From: Actinomycetota bacterium
GTDB lineage: Bacteria; Actinomycetota; Thermoleophilia; Solirubrobacterales; 70-9
DNA: 64,000 nt
Direction: 5' to 3'
Assembly (NCBI GenBank): GCA_046728935.1
Contig: JBKPFS010000107.1
Coordinates: 1,660 to 65,659 of the forward strand
The translations under genes were made by a program, and so were the position numbers. Every line of letters starts with the position of its first letter. The first letter of the stretch is position 1. This document shows positions 9,177 to 17,402 of this stretch, in pieces. The notes under the pieces are model-generated. The model searched no databases. It saw only the letters and a list, made by a program, of their open reading frames with translations, and had not been told where the DNA came from.

Positions 9177-10220
9177 CTAGCCGGGAAAGCTTCCTTCGTT
9201 GCCGTCGGTCAGAACGAACGACTGACCGCGCACCGACGTGCGGACCCATACGTCGAATCGGTACGAAACGCGCTTCTTGAGCTCAACGGACCCGTGTCCG
9301 CTCAAGCTGTATCCGGGGAAAGCGGACGAGAACCGGCATTTGAACTCGGACCGGCTGCGCCGACGGCAACTCTGTTCGAGGTGCTCGACCACTCGGTTGG
9401 CGAAGCGGTGGCGTCGTAGCGCAACCGCGACCGTCCGGTTCGCGCGCTCAGCTCTGAGAAGCGGCGGGCGCACCGTCCGGGACGTGAACGACGTGTTTTG
9501 CGCCGTGCCGTCATTCGGACCCAGGTACGCACAAAAAGCGTGCCGCCCGGGCCTCTTCATCGTCAGGCGTCGCCGCTCACGGAAAGCTCCGTCGACCGGC
9601 AACCCCGTGATCAGAGTCCGCGTTCGTGGCTTTCGCCCCGCAGCGGTGACCGAACAAGTTTTGCCTCGGGGGTCTTCGTAGACCCAGAGCTTGAGCCGCG
9701 AATCGGCAAAGCCCCGTGCGCCGACAGTCGCGCGCTTATACGCCTCGGGATGGCGACTTACCAGCAAGCTCAGCGATCCCTCCTCTTGGCCGGCCGCGGC
9801 GACCACGGGCCCCACCGATTCCGAGAATGCCTCCCCGCTCGGACCCGCGGGCGGAGCCGAGTGCCTGGCGACCACGCGCAGCCTGATTGTGTGACCGATG
9901 TCAGCGGGCGTCAGGGTGTACGTGGATCCGGTGGCCCCAGGGATGTCGTCGTAGCCTCCGGAGCCGTTCGAGCGCTGCCACTGGCGGCTGAATGTCAGGT
10001 CGGTGCCGGTCCACGTTCCGTCATCGCCGGTCAGCGTCTCGTTTTCGACCGGATCCCCGGAGATCGTCGGCGGTGAGGTAGGTTCGGGGGCCGCCGCGAT
10101 CGCGGACGCGGTCCCGAGTGCCGAGGCGCAGATCGCGATCAGTGCAGCACACATGGGGCGTCGCGGTAACGCCCAGCTTCTTGCGCGCCTGCCCCTCATT
10201 CTCCTGGACAGGTCCATCAA
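9177..10220 (-). CDS. Secreted protein with an N-terminal Ig-like repeat motif
   Basis: Signal-like MCAALIAICASALGTASAIAAA. ISGDPVENETLTGDDGTWTG...WQRS...IPGATGSTYTLTPADIGHTIRLRVVA resembles the G-x-W-x-G / GAT-x-Y / D-x-G-x-IR surface-protein repeat. Confidence 0.65.
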   Translation of the reverse strand: MMDLSRRMRGRRARSWALPRRPMCAALIAICASALGTASAIAAAPEPTSPPTISGDPVENETLTGDDGTWTGTDLTFSRQWQRSNGSGGYDDIPGATGSTYTLTPADIGHTIRLRVVARHSAPPAGPSGEAFSESVGPVVAAAGQEEGSLSLLVSRHPEAYKRATVGARGFADSRLKLWVYEDPRGKTCSVTAAGRKPRTRTLITGLPVDGAFRERRRLTMKRPGRHAFCAYLGPNDGTAQNTSFTSRTVRPPLLRAERANRTVAVALRRHRFANRVVEHLEQSCRRRSRSEFKCRFSSAFPGYSLSGHGSVELKKRVSYRFDVWVRTSVRGQSFVLTDGNEGSFPG

Positions 10221-10411
10221 CTCCTGGTGCCGCTCGCCGTGCCGAGACGGTAGCGCAGATCAAGTTCAACGACTTGGACGCGAGGGTCCGACGTCGAGTT
10301 CGCACTCCGCTGGGACAGAGCAACGCACCGTCGGACTTGGATTCTCGGCTGTTCGACCTGGAGCAAGCCATCGACTCACAGGCGGCTCTCGCCGCCCTTC
10401 GCCCGGAATGT

Positions 10412-10468
10412 TTAGGAGAGGGAGTCGCACTATCCAACTGAGCATCGGGGCCGAGGGCCAGTTTACGG
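10412..10468 (-). repeat. Degenerate copy of the 5' half of tRNA-Arg(CCT) plus ~17 nt of its upstream flank
   Basis: 10412..10468 aligns to 8950..9005 (TTAGGAG..GGAGTCGC.CTATCCAACTGAGC.ATCGGGGCCGAGGG..AGTTTA.GG) with a few substitutions and two 1-nt indels. There is no T-arm or 3' acceptor. Confidence 0.7.
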
Positions 10469-10649
10469 CTTGACGAAGCCGTTTCTTGCTCGCGAGACCA
10501 AAGCGCCTGGGCTCAAATACCAAGATCCATCAGGTCGGGCTTCCGGACGAGGAGGCGCAGGTCTCGCACTACGCGGGATGGTCGGAGGTCCTAAGCGCGA
10601 ATGGGTTCTCGTCGGACGCGACTGCGGAGAACAGCGCCGACCCGAACCT

Positions 10650-11004
10650 GTTGCGTGGCTACGGGCTCGCGCCGCCGGAGCTGGTCGAGCGGTTCGCCGC
10701 GACCGGGGTGGTCGGATTGAACCTGGAGGCTCGAAGTCGACCGTCACCGGCACGCTCACCGCGCGGACGATCCCCGCGGCCGCGGCGAGTACCCCCCGAC
10801 CGGCGCGGCCTCCCCGTCGTCGTAGCCGAGGATCCCGGCCGTCGCGAAGCTACTCGTGGCAACGACCGGGAATCCCGCCGCCGCGACCATCCCGGCCGAG
10901 GCCGCGTCCCAGGCGTTAGGCAATACGAGCGGATCATCGGCCACGTGCAGCGTGCGGAGCGTGGCGGCCTTCTCCCGCGACGACGAACGGGCAGTGTCAG
11001 ACAC
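10650..11004 (-). pseudogene. Isocitrate lyase / PEP mutase family gene remnant (frameshift, locally inverted segment, 3' truncation)
   Basis: MSDTARSSSREKAATLRTLHVADDPLVLPNAWDAASAGMVAAAGFPVVATSSFATAGILGYDDGEA, then after a shift at a C6 run, VLAAAAGIVRAVSVPVTVDFE. The expected next block, GYGLAPPELVERFAATGVVGLNLE, is on the plus strand. Confidence 0.6.
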
Positions 11005-11040
11005 GGGCCTACTCCGCGGATACGCCCGTGATGTGAGCGA

Positions 11041-11733
11041 TCACGCGGCGTCGCCGTACGCGTCGTGGTAGTTCCACCACCCATAGGGCGGCGTCTGCGG
11101 CCAGCCCTCTCGCGAGTCCTCCCACTCCTCCTGGCGACCGAGGGCGGTCATGTCGAGGTAGCTCCAGGTGGTGCCCATGGCCTCGTCGCCGCGGCTGTCG
11201 ATGAAGTAGGTGCGGAAGATCCGATCCCCATCGCGGATGAAGGCGTTGTGCCCGTGCCACTCGTCGACCCCGAAGTCAGCGTCGAAGTCGTCGGTAATCG
11301 TGTACCAGGGGATGTGCTCCCATCCCATCCGCCCCTTCAAGCCCTGGATCTCGGCCTGGGGGGCGCGCGAGGCGAACGCGAGCGTCGTGTCCCGCGCGTT
11401 CAGGTGGGCGGGGTGTGCGACCTGGTCGGCGACAAGGGAGCAACCAACGCAGGCCCGCTCCGGGTACGCTCCGCCCTCTGCGTAGGTGGTGACCTCCGGC
11501 CCGTAGAAGAAGCGGTAGACGATCAGCTGGCGGCGGCCCTCGAACAGGTCGGCGAGACTCGCCGGACCGCTCGGGCCCTCGAAGCGGTAGTCCCTCTCTA
11601 CCGCCATCCACGGCATCCGCCGGCGCTCGGCCGCCAGCGCGTCGCGGGCCCGGGTGAGCTCCTTCTCCTTGACCAACAACTTCTCGCGGGCGGCGTCCCA
11701 CTCTTGCGGGGAGACGATCGGGGGTGTGTTCAC
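11041..11733 (-). CDS. DUF899 thioredoxin-like family protein
   Basis: SPQEWDAAREKLLVKEKELTRARDALAAERRRMPWMAVERDYRFEGP...LFEGRRQLIVYRFFYGP...CVGCS is the typical DUF899 pattern. Confidence 0.85.
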   Translation of the reverse strand: MNTPPIVSPQEWDAAREKLLVKEKELTRARDALAAERRRMPWMAVERDYRFEGPSGPASLADLFEGRRQLIVYRFFYGPEVTTYAEGGAYPERACVGCSLVADQVAHPAHLNARDTTLAFASRAPQAEIQGLKGRMGWEHIPWYTITDDFDADFGVDEWHGHNAFIRDGDRIFRTYFIDSRGDEAMGTTWSYLDMTALGRQEEWEDSREGWPQTPPYGWWNYHDAYGDAA

Positions 11734-11799
11734 TTCGCTCTCTCCTCCTTCAAGTAACCGTGAGTCCTCCGTCGCGGGTTCTCGGGCAGCATGATCCTT

Positions 11800-12534
11800 T
11801 TAGGCGTACTCGTCATGGCGGCGAATCCAGGTCTGGAACGCATCGCCCTCGTCGCGCCCCTTCGGCGCCCGGTCGAGGATCGGGTAGAAGCCCATCAGGA
11901 ACTCGACCCCGCGCCACGTGGTCGCATAGGTCTGGTAGACGGCGCCGTCCTGGAGCGCGAAGGCGCTCGCCGTCGGTATCTCCGAGATGTATTCGAGGAC
12001 GTCGGTCCCGGTAGCGTCCGCGTTCTGAGGTGCGATCGGCGGCAACGCGCTCTCGGGTGGCATGTTCTCGCGCACCTGCTCCTCGGTGAAGGAGGCACCC
12101 ATGTCGAAGCTGAAGTCGGTGTTCGCCGACGAGGCCCAGGGAATGCTCCAGCCCATCCGCTCTTTGTAGGCCTGAAGCTTGGCCAGCGGAGCCCGCGAAA
12201 CGAGCAGCAGGGTCACGTCGCGGGCGTGAAGGTGCGGCAGCACGCCGTCGAAGCCATCGACCATCGACGAGCAGGTCGGGCACCCCGCCTCGTAGGTCGG
12301 TCCGAACATGAAGTGGTAGATCAGGAGCTGTGAGCGGCCGTCGAAGAGCTCGGCCAGGGTCCGCGTCCCGTCGTGGGCGTCGAACCGGTACTCCTTCTCG
12401 ATCGCGACCCAGGGCAACTCGCGGCGCTGGCGCGCCAGTTCGTCCGCCATCCGCGTGTGCTCCTTCTCGCGCTGAAGCAACTCGTCACGAGCGGCCTGCC
12501 ACTCCTCACGGCCGACAACCATGTGATCCGTCAT
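11800..12534 (-). CDS. DUF899 thioredoxin-like family protein (tandem paralogue)
   Basis: The ATG at 12534 (MTDHMVVGREEWQAARDELLQREKEHTRMADELARQRRELPWV...CPTCS) is preceded by AGGAGA. The upstream part of ORF 11800..12747 is not protein-like. Confidence 0.85.
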   Translation of the reverse strand: MTDHMVVGREEWQAARDELLQREKEHTRMADELARQRRELPWVAIEKEYRFDAHDGTRTLAELFDGRSQLLIYHFMFGPTYEAGCPTCSSMVDGFDGVLPHLHARDVTLLLVSRAPLAKLQAYKERMGWSIPWASSANTDFSFDMGASFTEEQVRENMPPESALPPIAPQNADATGTDVLEYISEIPTASAFALQDGAVYQTYATTWRGVEFLMGFYPILDRAPKGRDEGDAFQTWIRRHDEYA

Positions 12535-12591
12535 CGCGTCTTGTCTCCTGTTTCGGGTGCCTGTACGTTCAGACACCGGCGGCGGCGAGAA

Positions 12592-12612
12592 CGGAACGCT
12601 CGATCCGTTCCG
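12592..12612. promoter_or_regulatory. Perfect 7-bp inverted repeat CGGAACG-N7-CGTTCCG in the DUF899 / ECF-sigma divergent region
   Basis: Read directly from the sequence. It carries a GGAAC (ECF -35-like) motif on both strands. Confidence 0.3.
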
Positions 12613-12670
12613 GGACGAGGTGGTGTCCTTACCCGATGGGAGCGACGGGACAAGCCGATGCGAGAAGCTC

Positions 12671-13693
12671 GTGCCCGACCACGCGCTAGACGAGGCCAAG
12701 CTCGCGCGGGCCCGCGGGGGCGACGCCGACGCGTTTCGCGAGCTCACCGAACCCCACCGGCGCGAGCTGCAGCTGCACTGCTACCGCATCCTCGGCTCGA
12801 TCCAGGACGCCGAGGACCTGGTGCAGGAGACGCTCCTGGCGGCGTGGCGGGGCCTCGAGGCGTTCGAGGGCCGCGCGTCTGTGCGCTCCTGGCTCTATCG
12901 GATCGCGACCAACCGCTGCCTGAACGCGCTGCGGGCCCGGTCGCGCCGCCCCAGGGAGGTACCAGCCATGGATCAGCCGCCTGAGCCCACAACCCGGATC
13001 GAGCCGATCCGGCTCGAGCCCTATCCCGACGTGCTGCTCGAGGAGATCCCGGAGCGCTCCCCGGGGCCGGCGGCGCGCTACGAGGCCAGGGAGTCGGTCG
13101 AGCTCGCGTTCATCGCTGCCCTCCAGCACCTGCCGCCACGCCAGCGCGCGGCACTCGTGCTGCGCGACGTGCTCGGCTTCCGCACCGCCGAGGTCGCGGC
13201 GATGCTCGACACCGGCGAGGCCGCGGTCAAGGGCGCCCTGCAGCGCGCCCGGGCGGCTCTCCGAGCGCGGCTGCCGGCCGCCGAGCGCGACCCCGCCCCG
13301 CGGCCGAACTCCGCCCGCGAGCGCCAGCTGGCGGGGCGCTTCGCCGACGCCGTCCAAAGCGGCGACATCGACGAGGTCGTCGCCCTGCTCACCGCCGACG
13401 CGCTGCTCACGATGCCGCCCCAGCCGCTCGAGTACCAGGGACACGAGGCGATCGCCGCCTTCCTGCGTCAGCGGGCGGAGCTGCGCGGCGCTGCGCTGCG
13501 TGTCGTGCCCACCCGCGCCAACACCCAGCCGGCGTTCGGCTGCTACCTCCCGGACGCGCAGGCGGCGATCGCTCGCCCCAACGGCCAGATCGTGCTGACG
13601 CTCGAGGGCGAGGCGATCGCGGCGATCACCTGGTTCGCGGACACCGGCGTCTTCCGACACTTCGGGCTGCCTCGAACGCTGCCGAATCTCTGA
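12671..13693 (+). CDS. ECF-type sigma-70 family factor with a C-terminal SnoaL/NTF2-like extension (ECF41/SigJ-like architecture)
   Basis: Region 2 (DAEDLVQETLLAAWRGLEAFEGRASVRSWLYRIATNRCLNALR), region 4 (LPPRQRAALVLRDVLGFRTAEVAAMLDTGEAAVKGALQRAR) and a ~150-aa extension. Start uncertain: GTG 12671 preferred, but the ORF is open from 12557. Confidence 0.8.
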   Translation: MPDHALDEAKLARARGGDADAFRELTEPHRRELQLHCYRILGSIQDAEDLVQETLLAAWRGLEAFEGRASVRSWLYRIATNRCLNALRARSRRPREVPAMDQPPEPTTRIEPIRLEPYPDVLLEEIPERSPGPAARYEARESVELAFIAALQHLPPRQRAALVLRDVLGFRTAEVAAMLDTGEAAVKGALQRARAALRARLPAAERDPAPRPNSARERQLAGRFADAVQSGDIDEVVALLTADALLTMPPQPLEYQGHEAIAAFLRQRAELRGAALRVVPTRANTQPAFGCYLPDAQAAIARPNGQIVLTLEGEAIAAITWFADTGVFRHFGLPRTLPNL

Positions 13694-13718
13694 AGGCGGG
13701 TTGAGGCCCGGCGACCGC

Positions 13719-14549
13719 TCACTTCTTCCTTTTCTTCCTCTCGCAGTAGGCGTAGGCGGTGACGTCGTCGTTGATCGACACGACGGAGACCAGCCACTTT
13801 CGGCCGCTGTCCCGGCGAGACGCCTTGAAGAAGGGCCCACCCTTGCTCACGGGGGTCTCCGCTGCAAAGCCGCCGGAGACGACCCGACGCTTCCGCCCGC
13901 AGCTGACGACGAGGTCCTCCCGGTCCGGGTATTCGTCGACCGTCTCGGTCACCTGCTTGGTCTTGACCTTCCTCCCGCTGCGACAGTTGACCTGGGCGGT
14001 CAGCGACTCCGGATCCCCGAAGTGCCCGGTGGCAACCGTCCACTCACGCTTGCCGGCCTTGTAGGAAGCGTAGGGAAGGTCGCCCGCGCCGCTTGAGCGT
14101 CCGACCGCGAAGCCGCCGGAGATCGCCTTCGTGCCGCGCGGGCAGCGCGCGGTCACCGTCTGGATGCCGTTCTTGGACCGCGTCTCGGTCTCGGTCACGG
14201 TCTTCAGCTTCTGGTCCCGGCAGTACGCAAAGCTGGTGAGCGTCGCGGGATCCGCGGTGAAGTTCTGCCCGCGCGCCGTCCACGCGCGCGCGCCGTCTCG
14301 CAGGGAGTCCATCGGCAAGATCCCAACCGGCGGGTTGCCCACCGACTCAAACCCGCCGCTCACAGCCTTGGTGCCGTGCTCGCACTGGGCCGTCGCCGAA
14401 CCTATCCCCCCGGCGGGATCGACCGTCTCCATGTCCGACGCGGTCTTCAGCTTCGCGCCCCACGCCCCCGCCGCGGTGAGCGCCACCAACGCGAGCGCCG
14501 CCAGAACGGCGACGGCTCGCCGTGAAGTCCCGAACGCGCTTCCCTGCAT
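13719..14549 (-). CDS. Secreted protein with three internal Cys-containing repeats
   Basis: The ATG at 14549 follows GGGAG. Signal peptide AVAVLAALALVALTAAGAWG. Repeats carry C-x2-G-x-K/R-x-[IV]SGGF three times, each closed by a second Cys (YCRDQK, VNCRSGRK, YCERKK). Confidence 0.7.
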   Translation of the reverse strand: MQGSAFGTSRRAVAVLAALALVALTAAGAWGAKLKTASDMETVDPAGGIGSATAQCEHGTKAVSGGFESVGNPPVGILPMDSLRDGARAWTARGQNFTADPATLTSFAYCRDQKLKTVTETETRSKNGIQTVTARCPRGTKAISGGFAVGRSSGAGDLPYASYKAGKREWTVATGHFGDPESLTAQVNCRSGRKVKTKQVTETVDEYPDREDLVVSCGRKRRVVSGGFAAETPVSKGGPFFKASRRDSGRKWLVSVVSINDDVTAYAYCERKKRKK

Positions 14550-14595
14550 CTCCACTCCCTTCTCCGCCCTTCTCCGGCGTGTCCGCGACTCTAAC

Positions 14596-15045
14596 TCAGC
14601 GGGGGTGTGACCGCACGACGCGCACACGGAGCGCGTCCAGCAACTCGACAACGGCCGGCAGGGAGGGATCGCCCGTCGCGCCGGCGATCACCTGGCCGTC
14701 CCGCCTGAGCTCGAAGCGTGCTCCATCGTGCCGCATTCGGCCCGGAAGCCAGATCAGCAGGGTCTCGACCAGGTGCCGCCCCGCCCTGCGGGCCAGCGAG
14801 GGCGCGCGGGCCCAGCGATCTCCCGGGACCTCGTCGAGGCCGGCGCGGACGGCCTCCAGCTCGCTCGGCTCGAGCCGTATCCAGATCGGCGCGCGGCTGC
14901 GATGGCGCTCGTCCAGCTGCGCCGTGCCGTCGTCAAACACCGTGAGGCGCTGATCGACGGCCACGGGCCCGCCGAAGACGCGATAGCGAAGCAGAGGCCG
15001 AGACCCGGCTCCGACCTCCTCGCCCGGTGGCTCGATGCCCCTCAT
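14596..15045 (-). CDS. Hypothetical protein
   Basis: 149-codon ORF with an ATG start and plausible composition. No recognisable motif. Confidence 0.45.
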   Translation of the reverse strand: MRGIEPPGEEVGAGSRPLLRYRVFGGPVAVDQRLTVFDDGTAQLDERHRSRAPIWIRLEPSELEAVRAGLDEVPGDRWARAPSLARRAGRHLVETLLIWLPGRMRHDGARFELRRDGQVIAGATGDPSLPAVVELLDALRVRVVRSHPR

Positions 15046-15105
15046 CCCGCCATAGCCTGACGCCGAACTTGACTCGGGGTCGGCGGGCCGAAAGGATGAG
15101 TCACG

Positions 15106-15456
15106 GTGCCGGACCTTCCTTCACCCGGCTGGTACCCGGATCCCGAGCAGCCGCAGACGAAACGCTACTGGGACGGCCAGGCATGGACCGACCAGCGCGC
15201 ACCGATCGAGGAGGGGGGTGAGGGCGCACCGGGCTGGATGCTGGCCGTTGGCTATTTGGGCGCCTTCCTGCTCCCGCTGGTCGGCTTCATCGTCGGCATC
15301 GTGCTCCTGGTCCGCCGCCAGTTCGGCCACGGGATCGCGATCGTCGGGATCTCGGTTGCCGTCGCCGTGGGCGGCTACCTCATCACGGTCAACGACGACG
15401 ACGACGACAACGGGGGCCCGAAGCACAAGGCGGAGCGGCGCAACGACCGCAAGTAG
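15106..15456 (+). CDS. DUF2510 domain membrane protein
   Basis: GWYPDPEQPQTKRYWDGQAWTD is the DUF2510 motif, followed by two hydrophobic helices. GTG start preceded by AAAGGATGAG. Confidence 0.8.
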   Translation: MPDLPSPGWYPDPEQPQTKRYWDGQAWTDQRAPIEEGGEGAPGWMLAVGYLGAFLLPLVGFIVGIVLLVRRQFGHGIAIVGISVAVAVGGYLITVNDDDDDNGGPKHKAERRNDRK

Positions 15457-15459
15457 CGC

Positions 15460-16122
15460 CTACTCGGGCTCGTCGTAGAGGCTCTCCGAGGCGATCCCGC
15501 GCAGCGCCCGATCCCAGAGGTGGACCTCAAGATAGAGGTCGTCGCCGAAGCCGTGAACCGCGTCCACCGCGACCAGCGTGAAGCGGCCGTCGATGACCGC
15601 CGCCTGGTCGAGGACCTCGCCGTCGAGCTCGGCGCTGACCGCGACCGCACCGCGCACCAACGGTAGTCCCCACACGAGCGTGACGTCGCCGCCGCGCCCG
15701 CCGTCGGCGCGCCAGCGTCCGATCACGTCGTCGTTGAGGTCGATGCGCCAGTCGGGGTTCTGCTCCGCGGTGACGTCGGTGAAGTCCGTCTTTGCCCGAA
15801 TGTCTCGCGGCTCGCCCTCCTCGGGCCGCTCGAAAGAGACCCAGCCGAAGTACTCGGGCACGATGCCGTCGGCGTCCTCGGACCCTTCGCTCGGCCCGGC
15901 GGCCCGGCCCGTGGCGGGGACGTAGGTGCGCGCGCCCCAGGTGCGCTCCGGAAACCAGCGCACGGTCTCGGCGTCGAGCGGCGAGCCGGCCTCGCCCGTC
16001 AGCGGCTCACACGCCTCGGCGAAGGTCTCGGCGAGGCGCTCGGCCCAACGCCCGTAGGGCGCCTTCTCCTGCGGGGAATCGGCGATGAAGCGGGGGAATG
16101 GGCGTCGGATCGGCGGGCTCAC
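15460..16122 (-). CDS. Hypothetical protein
   Basis: 220-codon ORF with acidic, non-repetitive, coding-like composition. No recognisable motif. Confidence 0.55.
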   Translation of the reverse strand: MSPPIRRPFPRFIADSPQEKAPYGRWAERLAETFAEACEPLTGEAGSPLDAETVRWFPERTWGARTYVPATGRAAGPSEGSEDADGIVPEYFGWVSFERPEEGEPRDIRAKTDFTDVTAEQNPDWRIDLNDDVIGRWRADGGRGGDVTLVWGLPLVRGAVAVSAELDGEVLDQAAVIDGRFTLVAVDAVHGFGDDLYLEVHLWDRALRGIASESLYDEPE

Positions 16123-16295
16123 GGCCCGCTGAGACTATCCCCGCCCGAGCGTCAGCACGAGCGGCGCGACGGCCGCAGCCAGGCTGAAGAAGCCGTAGAG
16201 AAACGACCAGCCCGAGCGCGACGAGCCAGAACGACACGCGCAAATGCCCCACTAACGTCATTCCCCAAGGATCCTCCTCGCGGAGACCATAGCCG

Positions 16296-17402
16296 CTAGT
16301 TGAGCACGGCGCGCAGGTTCGAGGCGGCTCGCTCCGGCGGATAGACGTTGACCTCCACCCCCGTGCCCTGCTCGAAGCCGGCCCGGACCGTCAACCGGGG
16401 AATGACATCGATGTGCCAGCAGAACTCCTCCACGCCCCGGGGCGCGGTGCGCACCCAGAGGTTGAGCTGCGGCGGCCGCTCGAAGGCGCCGGCGAGCGCA
16501 TGCAGGGCAGCGCGAAGCATCCCCGCACCGGCCTCGTCCGCCTCGAACGACGGCGCCGGGCGGCGGGGGATGACGCGCAGCTCGAAGGGCCCGCGCGAGG
16601 CCCAGGGGCAGAGCAGGATCGCGTCGTCGTCGATCGCCACCAGGCGCTCGCGGCGGCGCACCTCCTCAGTCGCGACGTCGCCGAGCAGGTGCGAGCCCAT
16701 CGTCCGCTCGTGGTAGGCGGCGGCGCGCTCGCGCTCGCGCGCGATCTCGGCGGGGACGAAGCCGAGCGCGTAGAGCTGGGCGTGGGTGTGTTCCAGCGAG
16801 GCGCCGGCGGCGGGGCCCTCGTTGACGATCAGATGGACATAGGACGTGTGGCCGGAGTGGGCGCCGATGCGCTCCCGCCACGCCGCGACGGCCGTTGCGA
16901 AGCGCTCCTCTCCGAGCGCGGCGAGCGAGGTGACGTGCTCGGGCGCGTGGACGATCACCTCATGGGCGCCCGTCGCGGGCTGGGAGCCGAACAGGTCCGG
17001 CTCGGTCGAGCGCGTCGAGGCCCGGAGCGGATCGATCGACGCCGCTAGCCCCGACTCGGCGGTCGAGTGTGGATTTGAGCTGGCTGAGGCCGTCGAATCC
17101 TCCACTCGATCGGTGGTGCTCGTAAACAGCGGGTAGAGATTCGGAACCGCGCGGGCAATCCACCCGGGCGTATCGGGATCGCCTCCATCTGGCCGGTTCC
17201 CCCAGACCTCCGGCGGGGTGCGGTCCTCGCGCCCCTCACAGAAGGGACAGGTCTCAGCCGCGTCCGGACGTGGCGCGGCCGCAGCCGGCGCGAACGCGTC
17301 GGGACGCTCGGCCCGGCCCGGGGCGAGGATCGCCCGCAGGCCGGTGAGCTGGTCTATGCGGACCTCGGGCGCCGTCAGGGTCGCGACGCGCTCACGCGTC
17401 AG
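16296..17402 (-). CDS. galT: Galactose-1-phosphate uridylyltransferase (HIT superfamily); start codon unresolved
   Basis: [42 protein letters not shown] and the HTHAQ motif are in one continuous frame. The listed ORF (16296..17105) covers only the C-terminal 269 aa. Confidence 0.75.
   Translation of the reverse strand: MTRERVATLTAPEVRIDQLTGLRAILAPGRAERPDAFAPAAAAPRPDAAETCPFCEGREDRTPPEVWGNRPDGGDPDTPGWIARAVPNLYPLFTSTTDRVEDSTASASSNPHSTAESGLAASIDPLRASTRSTEPDLFGSQPATGAHEVIVHAPEHVTSLAALGEERFATAVAAWRERIGAHSGHTSYVHLIVNEGPAAGASLEHTHAQLYALGFVPAEIARERERAAAYHERTMGSHLLGDVATEEVRRRERLVAIDDDAILLCPWASRGPFELRVIPRRPAPSFEADEAGAGMLRAALHALAGAFERPPQLNLWVRTAPRGVEEFCWHIDVIPRLTVRAGFEQGTGVEVNVYPPERAASNLRAVLN

Noticed and set aside
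10464-10492. Hairpin ACGGCTT-GACG-AAGCCGT followed by TTTCTTGCT (plus-strand terminator-like).
   Set aside because: No plus-strand gene ends upstream of it, and in the minus orientation there is no U-tract. It is probably a relic of the rearranged tRNA/pseudogene junction.
10486-11031. 181-codon plus-strand ORF across the PEP-mutase remnant.
   Set aside because: Only the 24-residue block GYGLAPPELVERFAATGVVGLNLE is meaningful, and it is explained by the inverted segment. The rest is antisense to the minus-strand pseudogene.
16007-16261. Small hydrophobic ORF (MTLVGHLRVSFWLVALGLVV...) in the gap between the 220-aa gene and galT.
   Set aside because: The membrane-like reading continues (FLYGFFSLAAAVAPLVLTLGRG-stop) only after a frame change. 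As written, the ORF runs out of frame into the neighbouring gene, and no single frame gives a sensible small protein.
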